From the NCBI GenBank assembly GCA_041576165.1, contig JBFGLM010000036.1:1-47297 (forward strand): 47,297 bases of DNA, given 5' to 3'. The notes under the pieces were generated by a model that was not told the DNA's origin, ran no database searches, and saw only the letters and a program-made list of their open reading frames with translations. Shown here piece after piece: positions 9,648-18,840 of this stretch. This stretch comes from Acidimicrobiia bacterium. GTDB lineage: Bacteria; Actinomycetota; Acidimicrobiia; Spongiisociales; Spongiisociaceae. Within the stretch, counting starts at the first letter, position 1, and the number at the start of each line of letters is the position of its first letter. Both the position numbers and the translations under genes were made by a program.

Positions 9648-9676
9648 ATGTTGGAGTTCGCTTTACAGGTTGTCAA
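9648..9676 (-). promoter_or_regulatory. SigmaA-type promoter with an overlapping palindromic operator
   Basis: The minus strand reads TTGACA-17 nt-CAACAT. The operator TTTACA-GGT-TGTCAA (9662-9676) matches the sites at 5457-5490. Confidence 0.7.
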
Positions 9677-9807
9677 AGCCCCGGGGAGCCGTCACTCGGC
9701 GAGAGTGTGATTGTGTGCGCCACCAGCGACTGTTATTTTCTGGATGACGCTGACTCGGCGTTGTGCCCCGTCGCCTGGCGCGCACGGGTAGTCGATTTCG
9801 GACCGGG

Positions 9808-11490
9808 ATGCTTCCGTATCAAACCCCATATACGCCACAGCCACGAGCAGTCGATCGACTCGATGAACTGATTGTTCGGATAGCGACGTCGATAGCGGCG
9901 TTGTTCTGCGTCACGTTGCTTCTTTCTTGGGTGTTCACCCAGGATTCGAGCCTCCTCGTCCGAGCGGTCAATCCTGCCGTGGTCGCGGCCGTCGGAGCCG
10001 TGATGCTGGTTCGCGGCGAGCCGCGTGCAATCGTCCAGCTGATCGTCGGAGCTGCCACCTTCGTCATCCACGTCGGGTTCATCGATGTCACCGCCCGCAG
10101 CGGAGGCTTGTTCGGACTGCTGAGTATGGGGATCGTCGGAGCGTTGCTCGTCGAACGGCGACGGGTGGCATACCTGGCAGGTACCGGTGTGGCTCTTGCG
10201 GCCGTTGCGTATTGGTGGAACGTCGGTGACTCGGCTCCGGCAACACGCGCTTCCGAGGCGGTGTCGCCGGCCTTGGCGTATCTTCTCACCGCCACGCTCG
10301 TGATCTGCCTGCGGGTCGGCCTCGAGCGCGAATCCGCTGCCCATCGTGACGCGGCCGCTGCGCTGTCGGCCAGCGAAGACCGGTTTAGACGGGCGTTCGA
10401 GGTGGCGGCCGCTGGAGTGGCCCTCGTCAGCATTCCGGACGGCCGGTTCTTACAGGTGAATCAGGCCGGCTGCGACTTGCTTGGTTACACCGAGACCGAG
10501 CTTCTCGGCATGAACGTCCAGGATGTGACCCATCCCGACGATCGAGAGGAAAGCCTGAAGCGCTTTCGAATGGTCGCCCTCGGCGAACACGCCTCTTCGC
10601 GGATCACCGTCCGATACGTGCGCAGCGACGGCACCACTGCGAGGGCTCTCATTTCCGCCGCGCTGGTGAAGGATTCTGACGGCCGACCCTCTCACATGGT
10701 GGCCCACGCGGTTGATACCACCGAACTCCACGCAACTCAGCAGCGCCTGACAGACCTGGTCAACTCGAAGGATCAACTGATCAGCTCCGTCTCACACGAG
10801 ATCCGTACGCCGCTCACTGCGGTGCTGGGATATGCCGAGCTTCTGCGCGAACGCTGGGCCGGACCGCCAACCGCCGAGCAGGTGGAAATGATCGACGACA
10901 TCGTGGCCCAAGCGACCGCGTTGGCCAACATCGTCGATGATCTCCTAGTGGCCGCCCGGGCCGAAACTGGGCAGCTACATGTCTCCCGAGAGGCGGTCGA
11001 TTTGCGGGCCGAGGTTGCCGCCGTGGTCGAGAATCTCGGCCGGCAGTCACATACCGCCCATATCCGGCTGTGCGGCTCGGGCGTATACGCGCTGGGTGAT
11101 CCGGCCCGGGTGCGCCAGATTCTCCGTAACGTCATCTCGAACGCTTTGCGCTACGGCGGGGATGCCGTCCAGGTAGTGCTCAGCGTGCACAGCGACCAAT
11201 GCTGCGTCGTCGTAGCCGACAACGGGACGGGCATTCCCGAGGACCAGCGAGAGCTGGTTTTCGCAGCATATGAACGGGCGGACCCAGCGAAAGGTCTGAC
11301 GCCGGCGATTGGTCTGGGCCTGACCGTGGCCCGGGCACTCGCCCGGCTCATGGACGGCGACCTCGTCTACAAGTACGAAAACGGCCAAAGTCTGTTCGAC
11401 CTGTCGCTACCGTTGGCGCCGGGCGCCGACATCGGCATGGAACATGCTGCGCCGGGCTCGGTTCCGGGTTCTCGCGAAGCTCCGGCGTAG
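9808..11490 (+). CDS. Membrane PAS-domain sensor histidine kinase (no response regulator in window)
   Basis: N-terminal TM helices, PAS (VNQAGCDLLGY...THPDD), H-box SHEIRTPL, N-box NVISNALRYG, DNGTGI, GLGL. Start approximate. Confidence 0.88.
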   Translation: MLPYQTPYTPQPRAVDRLDELIVRIATSIAALFCVTLLLSWVFTQDSSLLVRAVNPAVVAAVGAVMLVRGEPRAIVQLIVGAATFVIHVGFIDVTARSGGLFGLLSMGIVGALLVERRRVAYLAGTGVALAAVAYWWNVGDSAPATRASEAVSPALAYLLTATLVICLRVGLERESAAHRDAAAALSASEDRFRRAFEVAAAGVALVSIPDGRFLQVNQAGCDLLGYTETELLGMNVQDVTHPDDREESLKRFRMVALGEHASSRITVRYVRSDGTTARALISAALVKDSDGRPSHMVAHAVDTTELHATQQRLTDLVNSKDQLISSVSHEIRTPLTAVLGYAELLRERWAGPPTAEQVEMIDDIVAQATALANIVDDLLVAARAETGQLHVSREAVDLRAEVAAVVENLGRQSHTAHIRLCGSGVYALGDPARVRQILRNVISNALRYGGDAVQVVLSVHSDQCCVVVADNGTGIPEDQRELVFAAYERADPAKGLTPAIGLGLTVARALARLMDGDLVYKYENGQSLFDLSLPLAPGADIGMEHAAPGSVPGSREAPA

Positions 11491-11511
11491 CCGGCTCAGG
11501 CTGCGCCGGCC

Positions 11512-12588
11512 TCAATCAGACGAGGACGCAGGGGGAACCCAGATATCCCGACCCTGCATCAGCTGTACCTGCCGATCGATGACTTTCGTCCGGTATTCGG
11601 CATGTTTGTACGGCTCACGATCCGCATAGAGGTTCTTGGGATAGATGGGCTGCTCATAGACGATCTGATACAGCTCGGTGCGGAGATCCTTCATCCAGTT
11701 GGTCCAGAGCGAACGCGAACGGTGATGGCGCAGCGCTTCGATGTTGATGGGCCCGCACACCCAGGAGGACACACCCGAGTAATCGTGTTTGCCGACAACC
11801 TGGCCGCGGTAGTCGACGATCATCGATCCTCCGCCAAACGCATCGATGGGCGTGTCGCTGTCGACCGTGAGGTAGTAAGTGCCGACATTCGGGGCCAGCA
11901 CATACATGTTGTTGTCCAGCGCACGAGCTCGGGTCTGAACCTCGAAGTAGTCGTTGCTTGCAGCTGGGTGCGGGATCGATGCGCGATATACGAGCTCAGC
12001 GCCGTTCATGGCCAGCGCCCGCGCGTTCTCCGGGTAGGAGCCCTCATTTGCCATCATGATGCCCATCCGGCCGATGTCTGTGTCGACTACCGGCCAGAAG
12101 GCCTCCAGGGTGCGGCCATACCGATCCACCCACCAGTCGTACACGTCATGCGGACACATCGAATGCTCGACCGGAAACAGGGGCGTGGTCTTGTAGTGCC
12201 GCAGGATCACCGCTCCGGTGGGGTCCAGGATGAACCCCACGTTGAAGAACCGATCCTTCCATTCGGGGTGGCGCGCTTTGGCCTGCGCCATGACGTACAC
12301 GTCGTACTGGCGAGCGATCTCTCCGAGGGCGTCCGTCTCCGAACCGGGGATGTCGATAGCGCATGTGTTGGCAAACTCAGCATGGTCGAGGTCCATCACC
12401 TCGTCATTGAATCCTTGGAGTGCACCTTCCGGATAGGCAATCAGCCGGACGGGGAGGTCGAGTGTCGTCAGCCAGCAGGCCGCCTTGACGATGTGCGCTT
12501 GATGCTCGATGTTGCGCATGATGTCGGCCCGCGCGCTGACGCCCCACATCGTCGGGACGAGACCAACTGCGTTGTACGGTTCGATCAC
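11512..12588 (-). CDS. Nitrilase-superfamily protein with Ala at the catalytic Cys position, 358 aa
   Basis: YPEGALQG, FFNVGF, HYK, DTDIGRMGIMMANEGSYPE, RARALDN, GGSMIVD. GTG 12588 after GGGAGG. Confidence 0.82.
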   Translation of the reverse strand: MIEPYNAVGLVPTMWGVSARADIMRNIEHQAHIVKAACWLTTLDLPVRLIAYPEGALQGFNDEVMDLDHAEFANTCAIDIPGSETDALGEIARQYDVYVMAQAKARHPEWKDRFFNVGFILDPTGAVILRHYKTTPLFPVEHSMCPHDVYDWWVDRYGRTLEAFWPVVDTDIGRMGIMMANEGSYPENARALAMNGAELVYRASIPHPAASNDYFEVQTRARALDNNMYVLAPNVGTYYLTVDSDTPIDAFGGGSMIVDYRGQVVGKHDYSGVSSWVCGPINIEALRHHRSRSLWTNWMKDLRTELYQIVYEQPIYPKNLYADREPYKHAEYRTKVIDRQVQLMQGRDIWVPPASSSD

Positions 12589-12719
12589 GACAGCCTCCCT
12601 CTGGTGACGCCCACCGATCCTGGCACGTCGGATCTGATGGAACAACGGCCCGACAGAACCGCCCATCGAGACTGGGGTCGCCGCTTGACCGCCTTCGATC
12701 CAGTGCTGATCATGTGCGG

Positions 12720-13520
12720 ATGGAGGACGAATCTCGATATCGCGCCACCGAGTTCTCCGAGCGGTACAAGCTCGTTGAGCATCCATCGATGGCTCGGGCC
12801 GAACGCCACGTCATCGGCGCTGCCTACGGTGCCACGAGTTACACAACCAGCGCCCAGGCAGATCGCCTGGGCGGCATCCTCAACCTCGGACGCGGCAAGC
12901 GGTTGCTCGACGTTGGGGCCGGGGCCGGCTGGCCTGGTGTCTACATGGCCGCCAGCACCGGATGCGACGTCGTCCTCACCGATCTTCCGCTCGAGGGCCT
13001 CCTGGTCGGCATGAGCCGGATGGGGCGCGACGGCGTCTCCGGATACGCCGTCGGTGCCTCTGGTGATGCCCTGCCGTTCCAAGACGGTGTGTTCGACGCG
13101 GTTACCAGCTCCGATGTGCTCTGCTGACTAGAACCCAAGCTCTCCGTGTTGAGAGCCAGTCACCGGGTCCTCAAAGCTGGCGGGCGCCTGGCGTTTGTGG
13201 TGATTGCCGTCCCGGAGGACCTTCCGGCCGCCGCGCGCGCCACTGCTAGTGAGCTGGGACCGGACCACGTGGACGGCGACGCCTATCCCAGCTTGGTCTC
13301 TCATGCCGGTTTCGTCGACTGCGACGTCACCGACGTATCGCACGAGTACGCCGACACCCTGCTCGCCTGGATTCGGGAGTGGGAGGTCGAGCGCGACGGG
13401 CTGACATCTGTAATGAGTCGGGACGAGTTCGAGGACTGGCAGGCGCGGCGCCGGCGGGCGCTGGGGGCGATCAGACGCGGTCTTCTGCGCCGCTACCTCG
13501 TTGCCGCCTCGCGGCCATAA
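12720..13520 (+). CDS. Class I SAM-dependent methyltransferase with in-frame UGA (candidate selenoprotein, Cys-Sec), 266 aa if read through
   Basis: Motif I LLDVGAGAG, DALPFQDGVFDAVTSSDVLC-TGA(13125-13127)-LEPKLSVLRASHRVLKAGGRLAF. The two ORF-track pieces share a frame and together make one complete domain. Confidence 0.75.
13125..13162 (+). promoter_or_regulatory. Candidate bacterial SECIS element
   Basis: UGA, 11 nt, stem GCUCUC/GAGAGC (13139-13144/13151-13156) with loop CGUGUU. A lower stem UGACU/AGUCA (13125-13129/13158-13162) includes the UGA. Confidence 0.6.
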
Positions 13521-13622
13521 CGCAAGCAAAGGTCGACCTCCGCCGAGATGTGAACCGTGATGACCTCGGACCCTTCCGCCAGCTCACCCCGGCCCACAAG
13601 ATGGAAGCGAAGGAGGTGCGTC

Positions 13623-14408
13623 ATGCGGCGCCTGCTCATAGCGCTTCTGGCTGTCGGCCTGGCCGGCTGCGGGACCGGTGATGATGGTCCGGTATCGGCT
13701 ACTGCCCAGCCAGCGGCAACCGGCACGGCCGTTGCGGCGCGATCAGAAGCGCCTGTCTCCGCCGGTGATCCGGCAGTAGTCGATCATGAAAACGAACGCA
13801 GCATCACGATCGGAGGAATGGGAGCCGAGTACGCCGCCCCGGATCGGTGCATCATCGATATCGGTGTGACCAGCCGCAGGCCGACCGTCGGAGAGTCGAG
13901 TCGGGCTGCCGCGACATCCGGTCAGGCCATGACCGAAGCTTTGCTGGCCGCCGGAATCGAGGCGAGCGACATACAGACGTCGGAGTTCTCGATCCATCCG
14001 TACTACGACTACTACCCCACCCTCACGGGATTCGAAACGAACATCGCATACCGGGTGACAATGCCCACCATTGATGCGGTCGGCACCGTCCTGGCCAGCG
14101 CCATCGCCGCCGGAGGCGACGACGCCCGGGCATGGGGCGTCCGATTTGAAGTCGATCCTACCGGACTGGTCGAGCCTGCTCGGGCCGAGGCCTGGGCGGA
14201 TGCGCAAGCCCGGGCCCAATCGCTGGCAAGTCTGGCGGGCGAGCCCCTCGGCCGTGTTCTCGACGTACATGAGAAAGTACTGCTCTCTTCCACCCAGGGA
14301 ATGATGGCGGGGGGTGAAGGCGACGCGGCCGCATTCGACATCCCGGTCGCACCCGGGGTGTCAGGAGTGGTGGTGCTCCTGACGGTGACATTTGAGATCG
14401 GCAGCTGA
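13623..14408 (+). CDS. SIMPL (DUF541) domain lipoprotein
   Basis: Lipobox LAGC, AGIEASDIQTSEFSIHP, ARAEAWADAQARAQSLA, VTFEI. RBS AGGAGG. Confidence 0.85.
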   Translation: MRRLLIALLAVGLAGCGTGDDGPVSATAQPAATGTAVAARSEAPVSAGDPAVVDHENERSITIGGMGAEYAAPDRCIIDIGVTSRRPTVGESSRAAATSGQAMTEALLAAGIEASDIQTSEFSIHPYYDYYPTLTGFETNIAYRVTMPTIDAVGTVLASAIAAGGDDARAWGVRFEVDPTGLVEPARAEAWADAQARAQSLASLAGEPLGRVLDVHEKVLLSSTQGMMAGGEGDAAAFDIPVAPGVSGVVVLLTVTFEIGS

Positions 14409-14524
14409 CGGGTTTTGGGTGGCCGGGCTCACCTTGCCGGCTAGGTTTGCCGGGTGGGCTGTGAGCGCGTCTGGTTGGCTGCCGTAGGTCGGTCCCTCGT
14501 CGGACTCGCCGGTCCGCTTGCCTC

Positions 14525-15406
14525 GTGATCGAATTGATAGCGGGGACGCCCCCTGGCGGCGGACAGGATCGAGTGGCGCGAGCCGTGGCCGCCGCCCTGG
14601 ACGAGCTGGGGCTGGCGGCCGAGGTCAGCAACATGGCCGGTCGGGGCGGGGCCAACGGATGGGACCGGCTGGCCAGAAATCCTGCCGACCCCCATCTTGT
14701 CGCGGTGAGCTCCCCCACTCTGGTGACCAATGACCTGCTCGGGCTCGGCGCCACCCACCACAGAACGCTCACTGCACTGCCCACCCTCTGCACCGAGTAC
14801 ATGGCTTTCGTGGTGGCAGCAGAGTCATCGATCATCTCAGCCGATGCTTTCTTGGAGCATCTTTCCCGCCGCCGCCCGACTCCACCGGTATCGCTGGCCA
14901 CAGCGGCAGGCAACATCAATCACATGACGCTGGCCATGGTGGCCCGCCACGCGGGAATCAAGCCGAAAAGCGTGCCTATCCGAGTGTTCGATTCAGCCCG
15001 CAAGGCCGTAGCCGACGTGCTATCCGGCGCAGCAATTGCAGCGGTGGTCAGCGCTGCGTCCGCCGTTCCCGAGATCGAGGCCGGCAGCCTGCAGGCCATC
15101 GCCGTTTCCTCCTACGCCAGGCTGCCTCCACCTTACGGCGGAGTACCGCCGTGGGTGGAACTCGGTGTTCCCGTCACGCTCGGGACCTGGCGAGGGTTGG
15201 TCGGGACGCCCGGCCTCGGTCCCGACCAGGTCAACCACTGGGACACGCTGGCGCGTGACCTCACAGCTACGCCGGCATGGCAAGCCGCACTCACCGCCCA
15301 CAGGTGGGAGCCCACGCTCTCGACCGCCGGGGAGACCCGGACCATGCTCGGCAAGGTCCATCGCGACTACCTACAGATTCTGACCGATCTCGAAATGATC
15401 TCCTGA
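14525..15406 (+). CDS. TctC/Bug-family tripartite tricarboxylate transporter substrate-binding protein, no signal peptide
   Basis: PPGGGQDRVAR, NMAGRGGANG, WRGLVGTPG motifs. In-frame stop at 14462 and no hydrophobic leader. Confidence 0.75.
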   Translation: MIELIAGTPPGGGQDRVARAVAAALDELGLAAEVSNMAGRGGANGWDRLARNPADPHLVAVSSPTLVTNDLLGLGATHHRTLTALPTLCTEYMAFVVAAESSIISADAFLEHLSRRRPTPPVSLATAAGNINHMTLAMVARHAGIKPKSVPIRVFDSARKAVADVLSGAAIAAVVSAASAVPEIEAGSLQAIAVSSYARLPPPYGGVPPWVELGVPVTLGTWRGLVGTPGLGPDQVNHWDTLARDLTATPAWQAALTAHRWEPTLSTAGETRTMLGKVHRDYLQILTDLEMIS

Positions 15407-15421
15407 TCGACCCAGTCACCG

Positions 15422-16366
15422 TTACGGATTCAGCACGCGAATCGGGCTCCCGGCAGCCCAAGCTGCAATGTCCTCGACCGCCGCCGGATAGAACACTTCG
15501 TAGGTCTGACGGGTCACGTATCCGATATGGGGCGTCGCGATGATTCCCGGCTCGGTGCGGAACGGATGATCGGGAGGCAGCGGCTCGACGTCGAAGACGT
15601 CGAGCGCGGCACCGGCGATCGTCCCGCTCCGTACTGCCGCCAACAACGCTCGCTCATCCACGATCGGGCCTCGCGAGGTGTTGACGAGATAGGCGGTTCG
15701 TTTCATTGCAGAAAGCTCGGCACCCCCCACCAGACCCCGGGTGCGTTCGCTCAGTTTCAGATGGATCGAGACGAAGTCGGACCGCCGGAACAGTTCGTTC
15801 TTTTCAACGAGGGCTGCTCCATGCTCGGCCGCCACGTCGCGTGTCAGATTCTCGCTCCACGCAACGACATCCATTCCGAACGCTTGGCCCAGCCGGGCGA
15901 CGTGTGCTCCCAGCCGACCCAGACCCACAACACCGAGCACTGCACCATGCAGGTCGGTGCCGACCGTCACCTGCCAACCACCACTCGCCACTGACGCGCT
16001 CTCGGATACGAGGCCGCGAGCAAGTGCGAGCATGAGCGCCATCGCAAGTTCGGCCGTCGCATGACCCGGCGATGGCGTCCCGCACACAACGACGTTCTGC
16101 TCGCGGGCGGCTTCGAGATCGATGGCGGGGTTGCGCATGCCGGTGGTGACGAGCAAGCGCAGCTGTGGTAGCAGTGGAAAGACGTTGGCGGGAAACGGTG
16201 TCCGCTCCCGCATGGCCACGATGACGTCGAAGCGCTGGGCGCGGTCGACCAGGGCCGCACGGTCGGAGAACGACTGGGCAAAGAATTCCACTTGGGCCCC
16301 AAGAGAAGACCAATCCGCCAACGACTCGGCGACCTGCTGATAGTCATCCAAAACAGCGATGCGCAC
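15422..16366 (-). CDS. D-2-hydroxyacid dehydrogenase family protein
   Basis: LDDYQ, MRERT, TTGMRN, GLGRLG, VNTSRGPIVDE, DVFDVEP, TPHIGY. Confidence 0.92.
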   Translation of the reverse strand: MRIAVLDDYQQVAESLADWSSLGAQVEFFAQSFSDRAALVDRAQRFDVIVAMRERTPFPANVFPLLPQLRLLVTTGMRNPAIDLEAAREQNVVVCGTPSPGHATAELAMALMLALARGLVSESASVASGGWQVTVGTDLHGAVLGVVGLGRLGAHVARLGQAFGMDVVAWSENLTRDVAAEHGAALVEKNELFRRSDFVSIHLKLSERTRGLVGGAELSAMKRTAYLVNTSRGPIVDERALLAAVRSGTIAGAALDVFDVEPLPPDHPFRTEPGIIATPHIGYVTRQTYEVFYPAAVEDIAAWAAGSPIRVLNP

Positions 16367-16442
16367 GGGGTGACCGTACTCGATCGCGCCCTGCCCTCAG
16401 GGCCTCAGATCATTTACTCTTCCGCATGGATATGGAAAACGC

Positions 16443-16901
16443 GTGAGCGCGCCGAGGCAATGCCAAGCCATCGGGCAGTTCGAGCTACCGCTGGCGGCGC
16501 GAGAGGCCATGTGGCTGTTCACCCCGGAGGGCGAGCGGGCCTGGGTCCCCGGCTGGGATCCGGCTTATCCGGCCGGTCAGGTCAGCGAGGCCGCCGGGAC
16601 CGTGTTCACCACCTCGGCCGGCGGGATTGGGACGACATGGGTGATCGTCGAACTCGACCGGACCGGGCGGCACGCCCGCTACGCCCGCCTCACGCCCGAT
16701 CGTCACGCCGGGATCGTGAGGGTCAGTTGTACGGATACCCGGCCGGGACATTGTGACGTCACCGTCCACTACGACATGACCGCGATCGGAGACGCCGGGT
16801 CAGACGTTCTGGAGCCCTACAGCCCCGAACAGTTCGCAGCCATGCTGGAGCAGTGGCGTGGAACCATAGAGCGGTATCTGGATCGGGCCGATCGGTCTTG
16901 A
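16443..16901 (+). CDS. Hypothetical protein, SRPBCC/START-like fold
   Basis: LFTPEGERAWVPGW, GTVFTT, VHYDMTA and a C-terminal amphipathic helix. Confidence 0.65.
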   Translation: MSAPRQCQAIGQFELPLAAREAMWLFTPEGERAWVPGWDPAYPAGQVSEAAGTVFTTSAGGIGTTWVIVELDRTGRHARYARLTPDRHAGIVRVSCTDTRPGHCDVTVHYDMTAIGDAGSDVLEPYSPEQFAAMLEQWRGTIERYLDRADRS

Positions 16902-16922
16902 GTGGCCGGCGATCCGTCGGCT

Positions 16923-17813
16923 TCACTGCCGTGCGTCGGCCACTGCAGACCGCACCGCCCCGGCCACGTCCGCGAACCGCCGGGCCTGGTCGAGTGGATT
17001 CTCCTGAGGCCAGAACACAAAAGAGTCAAACCCATGAACAACGGCCAGGTTGGTCAGATCCTCGGTCCACTGCTGGGATGGTCCGCGCAGGTAACCCTCC
17101 GAGGAACCATCGGTGATGAGACCATTGACGTTGGCAATCCGCCGTATATCCGACGGGTTCCGGCCGGCCTCCACCGCGCCCGCGTCGATGATCTCGTTCT
17201 TTGCCGCCAGGCTCTCCACCGACGTTGATGGCAATGAAGGGACCCAGCCGTCGGCACTTCGCCCCAGGAGGTCGAGGGAGCGCGGCCCTCCCACACCGAG
17301 CCAGATTCCCACGGGGTGCGCGGGAACCGGACCGGAGTGGACGCCCTTCAGCTGGTAATGCTCGCCGTCGAAATGCAGCGACCGGTCCCCGCTCCACAGC
17401 AGCCGGATCACTTCGATCGCCTCGGCGAGCGCAGCCAGTGCTTGACCCGGGGTCCGGCGGGGCCCGCCGTAACCTTCGATGGCGTCCCAGAACGCACCTG
17501 CGCCGAGGCCCAGCTCGAACCTGCCGCCGCTGACGATGTCCAAGCTGGCGGCCATCTTCGCCAGAACGGCGGGCGGCCGAAGGGGTAGGCACACGACATC
17601 GGGGAAGAACGAAACGCGCGTGGTGCGGGATGCCAGAAACGTCATCAGAGTGAACGCGTCCAGAAACCTGCGTTGATACGGGTGATCCTGAACACCGATC
17701 AAGTCGAGGTCCATGTGATCCGCCGTCTCGGTCACTGCGAGCGCCTGATCGAGCGATGCGGCTTCCGGAATGACGAATATCCCAAACTGCAAGTCTCTCC
17801 CGTAATCAGGCAC
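16923..17813 (-). CDS. LLM-class flavin-dependent oxidoreductase
   Basis: QDHPYQ, LRPPAVLAK..ASLD..SGGRFELGLGAG, ADGWVPS. Confidence 0.9.
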   Translation of the reverse strand: MPDYGRDLQFGIFVIPEAASLDQALAVTETADHMDLDLIGVQDHPYQRRFLDAFTLMTFLASRTTRVSFFPDVVCLPLRPPAVLAKMAASLDIVSGGRFELGLGAGAFWDAIEGYGGPRRTPGQALAALAEAIEVIRLLWSGDRSLHFDGEHYQLKGVHSGPVPAHPVGIWLGVGGPRSLDLLGRSADGWVPSLPSTSVESLAAKNEIIDAGAVEAGRNPSDIRRIANVNGLITDGSSEGYLRGPSQQWTEDLTNLAVVHGFDSFVFWPQENPLDQARRFADVAGAVRSAVADARQ

Positions 17814-17824
17814 CTACACCTCCT

Positions 17825-18742
17825 CTACGCTCGTTCGAGACCCGGTCGGGCTTCCATGCCGGTTGTGCTCGCGCTGCGCGACCTTGGATCCCTGCGACCC
17901 CATACCCCAGCGGCGACGTCGCCGAGGAAGCTCTCAATCAGCTGGTTGAACAGCTCCGGTTCTTCGAGATTCAGGGTGTGACCGGTCCGCGCAAAGACAA
18001 ACAAGCCGGCCGTGGGGATGGTCCGCTTCATCATCATGGAAGGCTCGATGGCGCCCTCGTCCTCGTCACCCACCATGATCAGGACGGGGATCGCCATCCC
18101 AGCGAAGTCGTCACGGAAGTCGTATAGAGACGGCCGCTCCTTCTGGAATCCCCGCATGGTGCGGGCCGACCCCTCACCGGAGTGTTCCGCCAGCATGCGA
18201 GCAAACTCCGCGTGACCTCGGGGGTTCTTGTTCTGAAACTGAACCCTCGCGGGCCCCACCGCATATCGGACCGCCACCTGCTCCGCTCCTTCTTCCTCGA
18301 ACGCGCGTGCGATCAGTTCACACTCTTGCCGGAAGGCTTCACGGCTCTCGGATCGGGCGCCGTATCCAACGCCTCCAATAGCAACCGACAGAACCCGATC
18401 GGGATGCCGCAAGCCGACGTGCAGCGCGCAGAAGCCGCCCATCGACAACCCAACCAGGTGGGCACGGTCGATCTCCAATGCGTCGAGTACTGCGACTGCG
18501 TCGGAGATCGCATGCTCTTGTGAATATGCGGCCGGATCGTCGGGCACTCCCGAAGGTGGGTAGCCACGGGCCGCATAGGTGACACACCGGTAGCGGCGGG
18601 AGAAGGCCCTCACCTGCGGCTCCCAACTGCGATGATCCCCGGCGAATTCGTGGATGAAGAGGATCGGTTCGCCTGCGCCGGTCACCTCGACGTGAAGCGG
18701 TACCCCGTCGGGGGCGTCCGCTATCACGTCGGTAGACGGCAT
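17825..18742 (-). CDS. Alpha/beta hydrolase, 305 aa
   Basis: HEFAGD, GLSMGG nucleophile elbow, GDED, GH..NLEEP. TAGGAT box 7 nt before ATG 18742. Confidence 0.88.
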   Translation of the reverse strand: MPSTDVIADAPDGVPLHVEVTGAGEPILFIHEFAGDHRSWEPQVRAFSRRYRCVTYAARGYPPSGVPDDPAAYSQEHAISDAVAVLDALEIDRAHLVGLSMGGFCALHVGLRHPDRVLSVAIGGVGYGARSESREAFRQECELIARAFEEEGAEQVAVRYAVGPARVQFQNKNPRGHAEFARMLAEHSGEGSARTMRGFQKERPSLYDFRDDFAGMAIPVLIMVGDEDEGAIEPSMMMKRTIPTAGLFVFARTGHTLNLEEPELFNQLIESFLGDVAAGVWGRRDPRSRSASTTGMEARPGLERA

Positions 18743-18840
18743 ACATTCGATCCTACAGACTGGTGATAACGGAGACAGGAGCCCCAGACCGGCGCGATAC
18801 TGCTCGGCGGTACTGCTGAGCGATCCCACGGGGAGGCGAT

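Noticed and set aside
13146-13520. Independent 124-aa gene
   Set aside because: No RBS, the GTG lies in the hairpin loop, and the product is only the C-terminal half of the methyltransferase fold.
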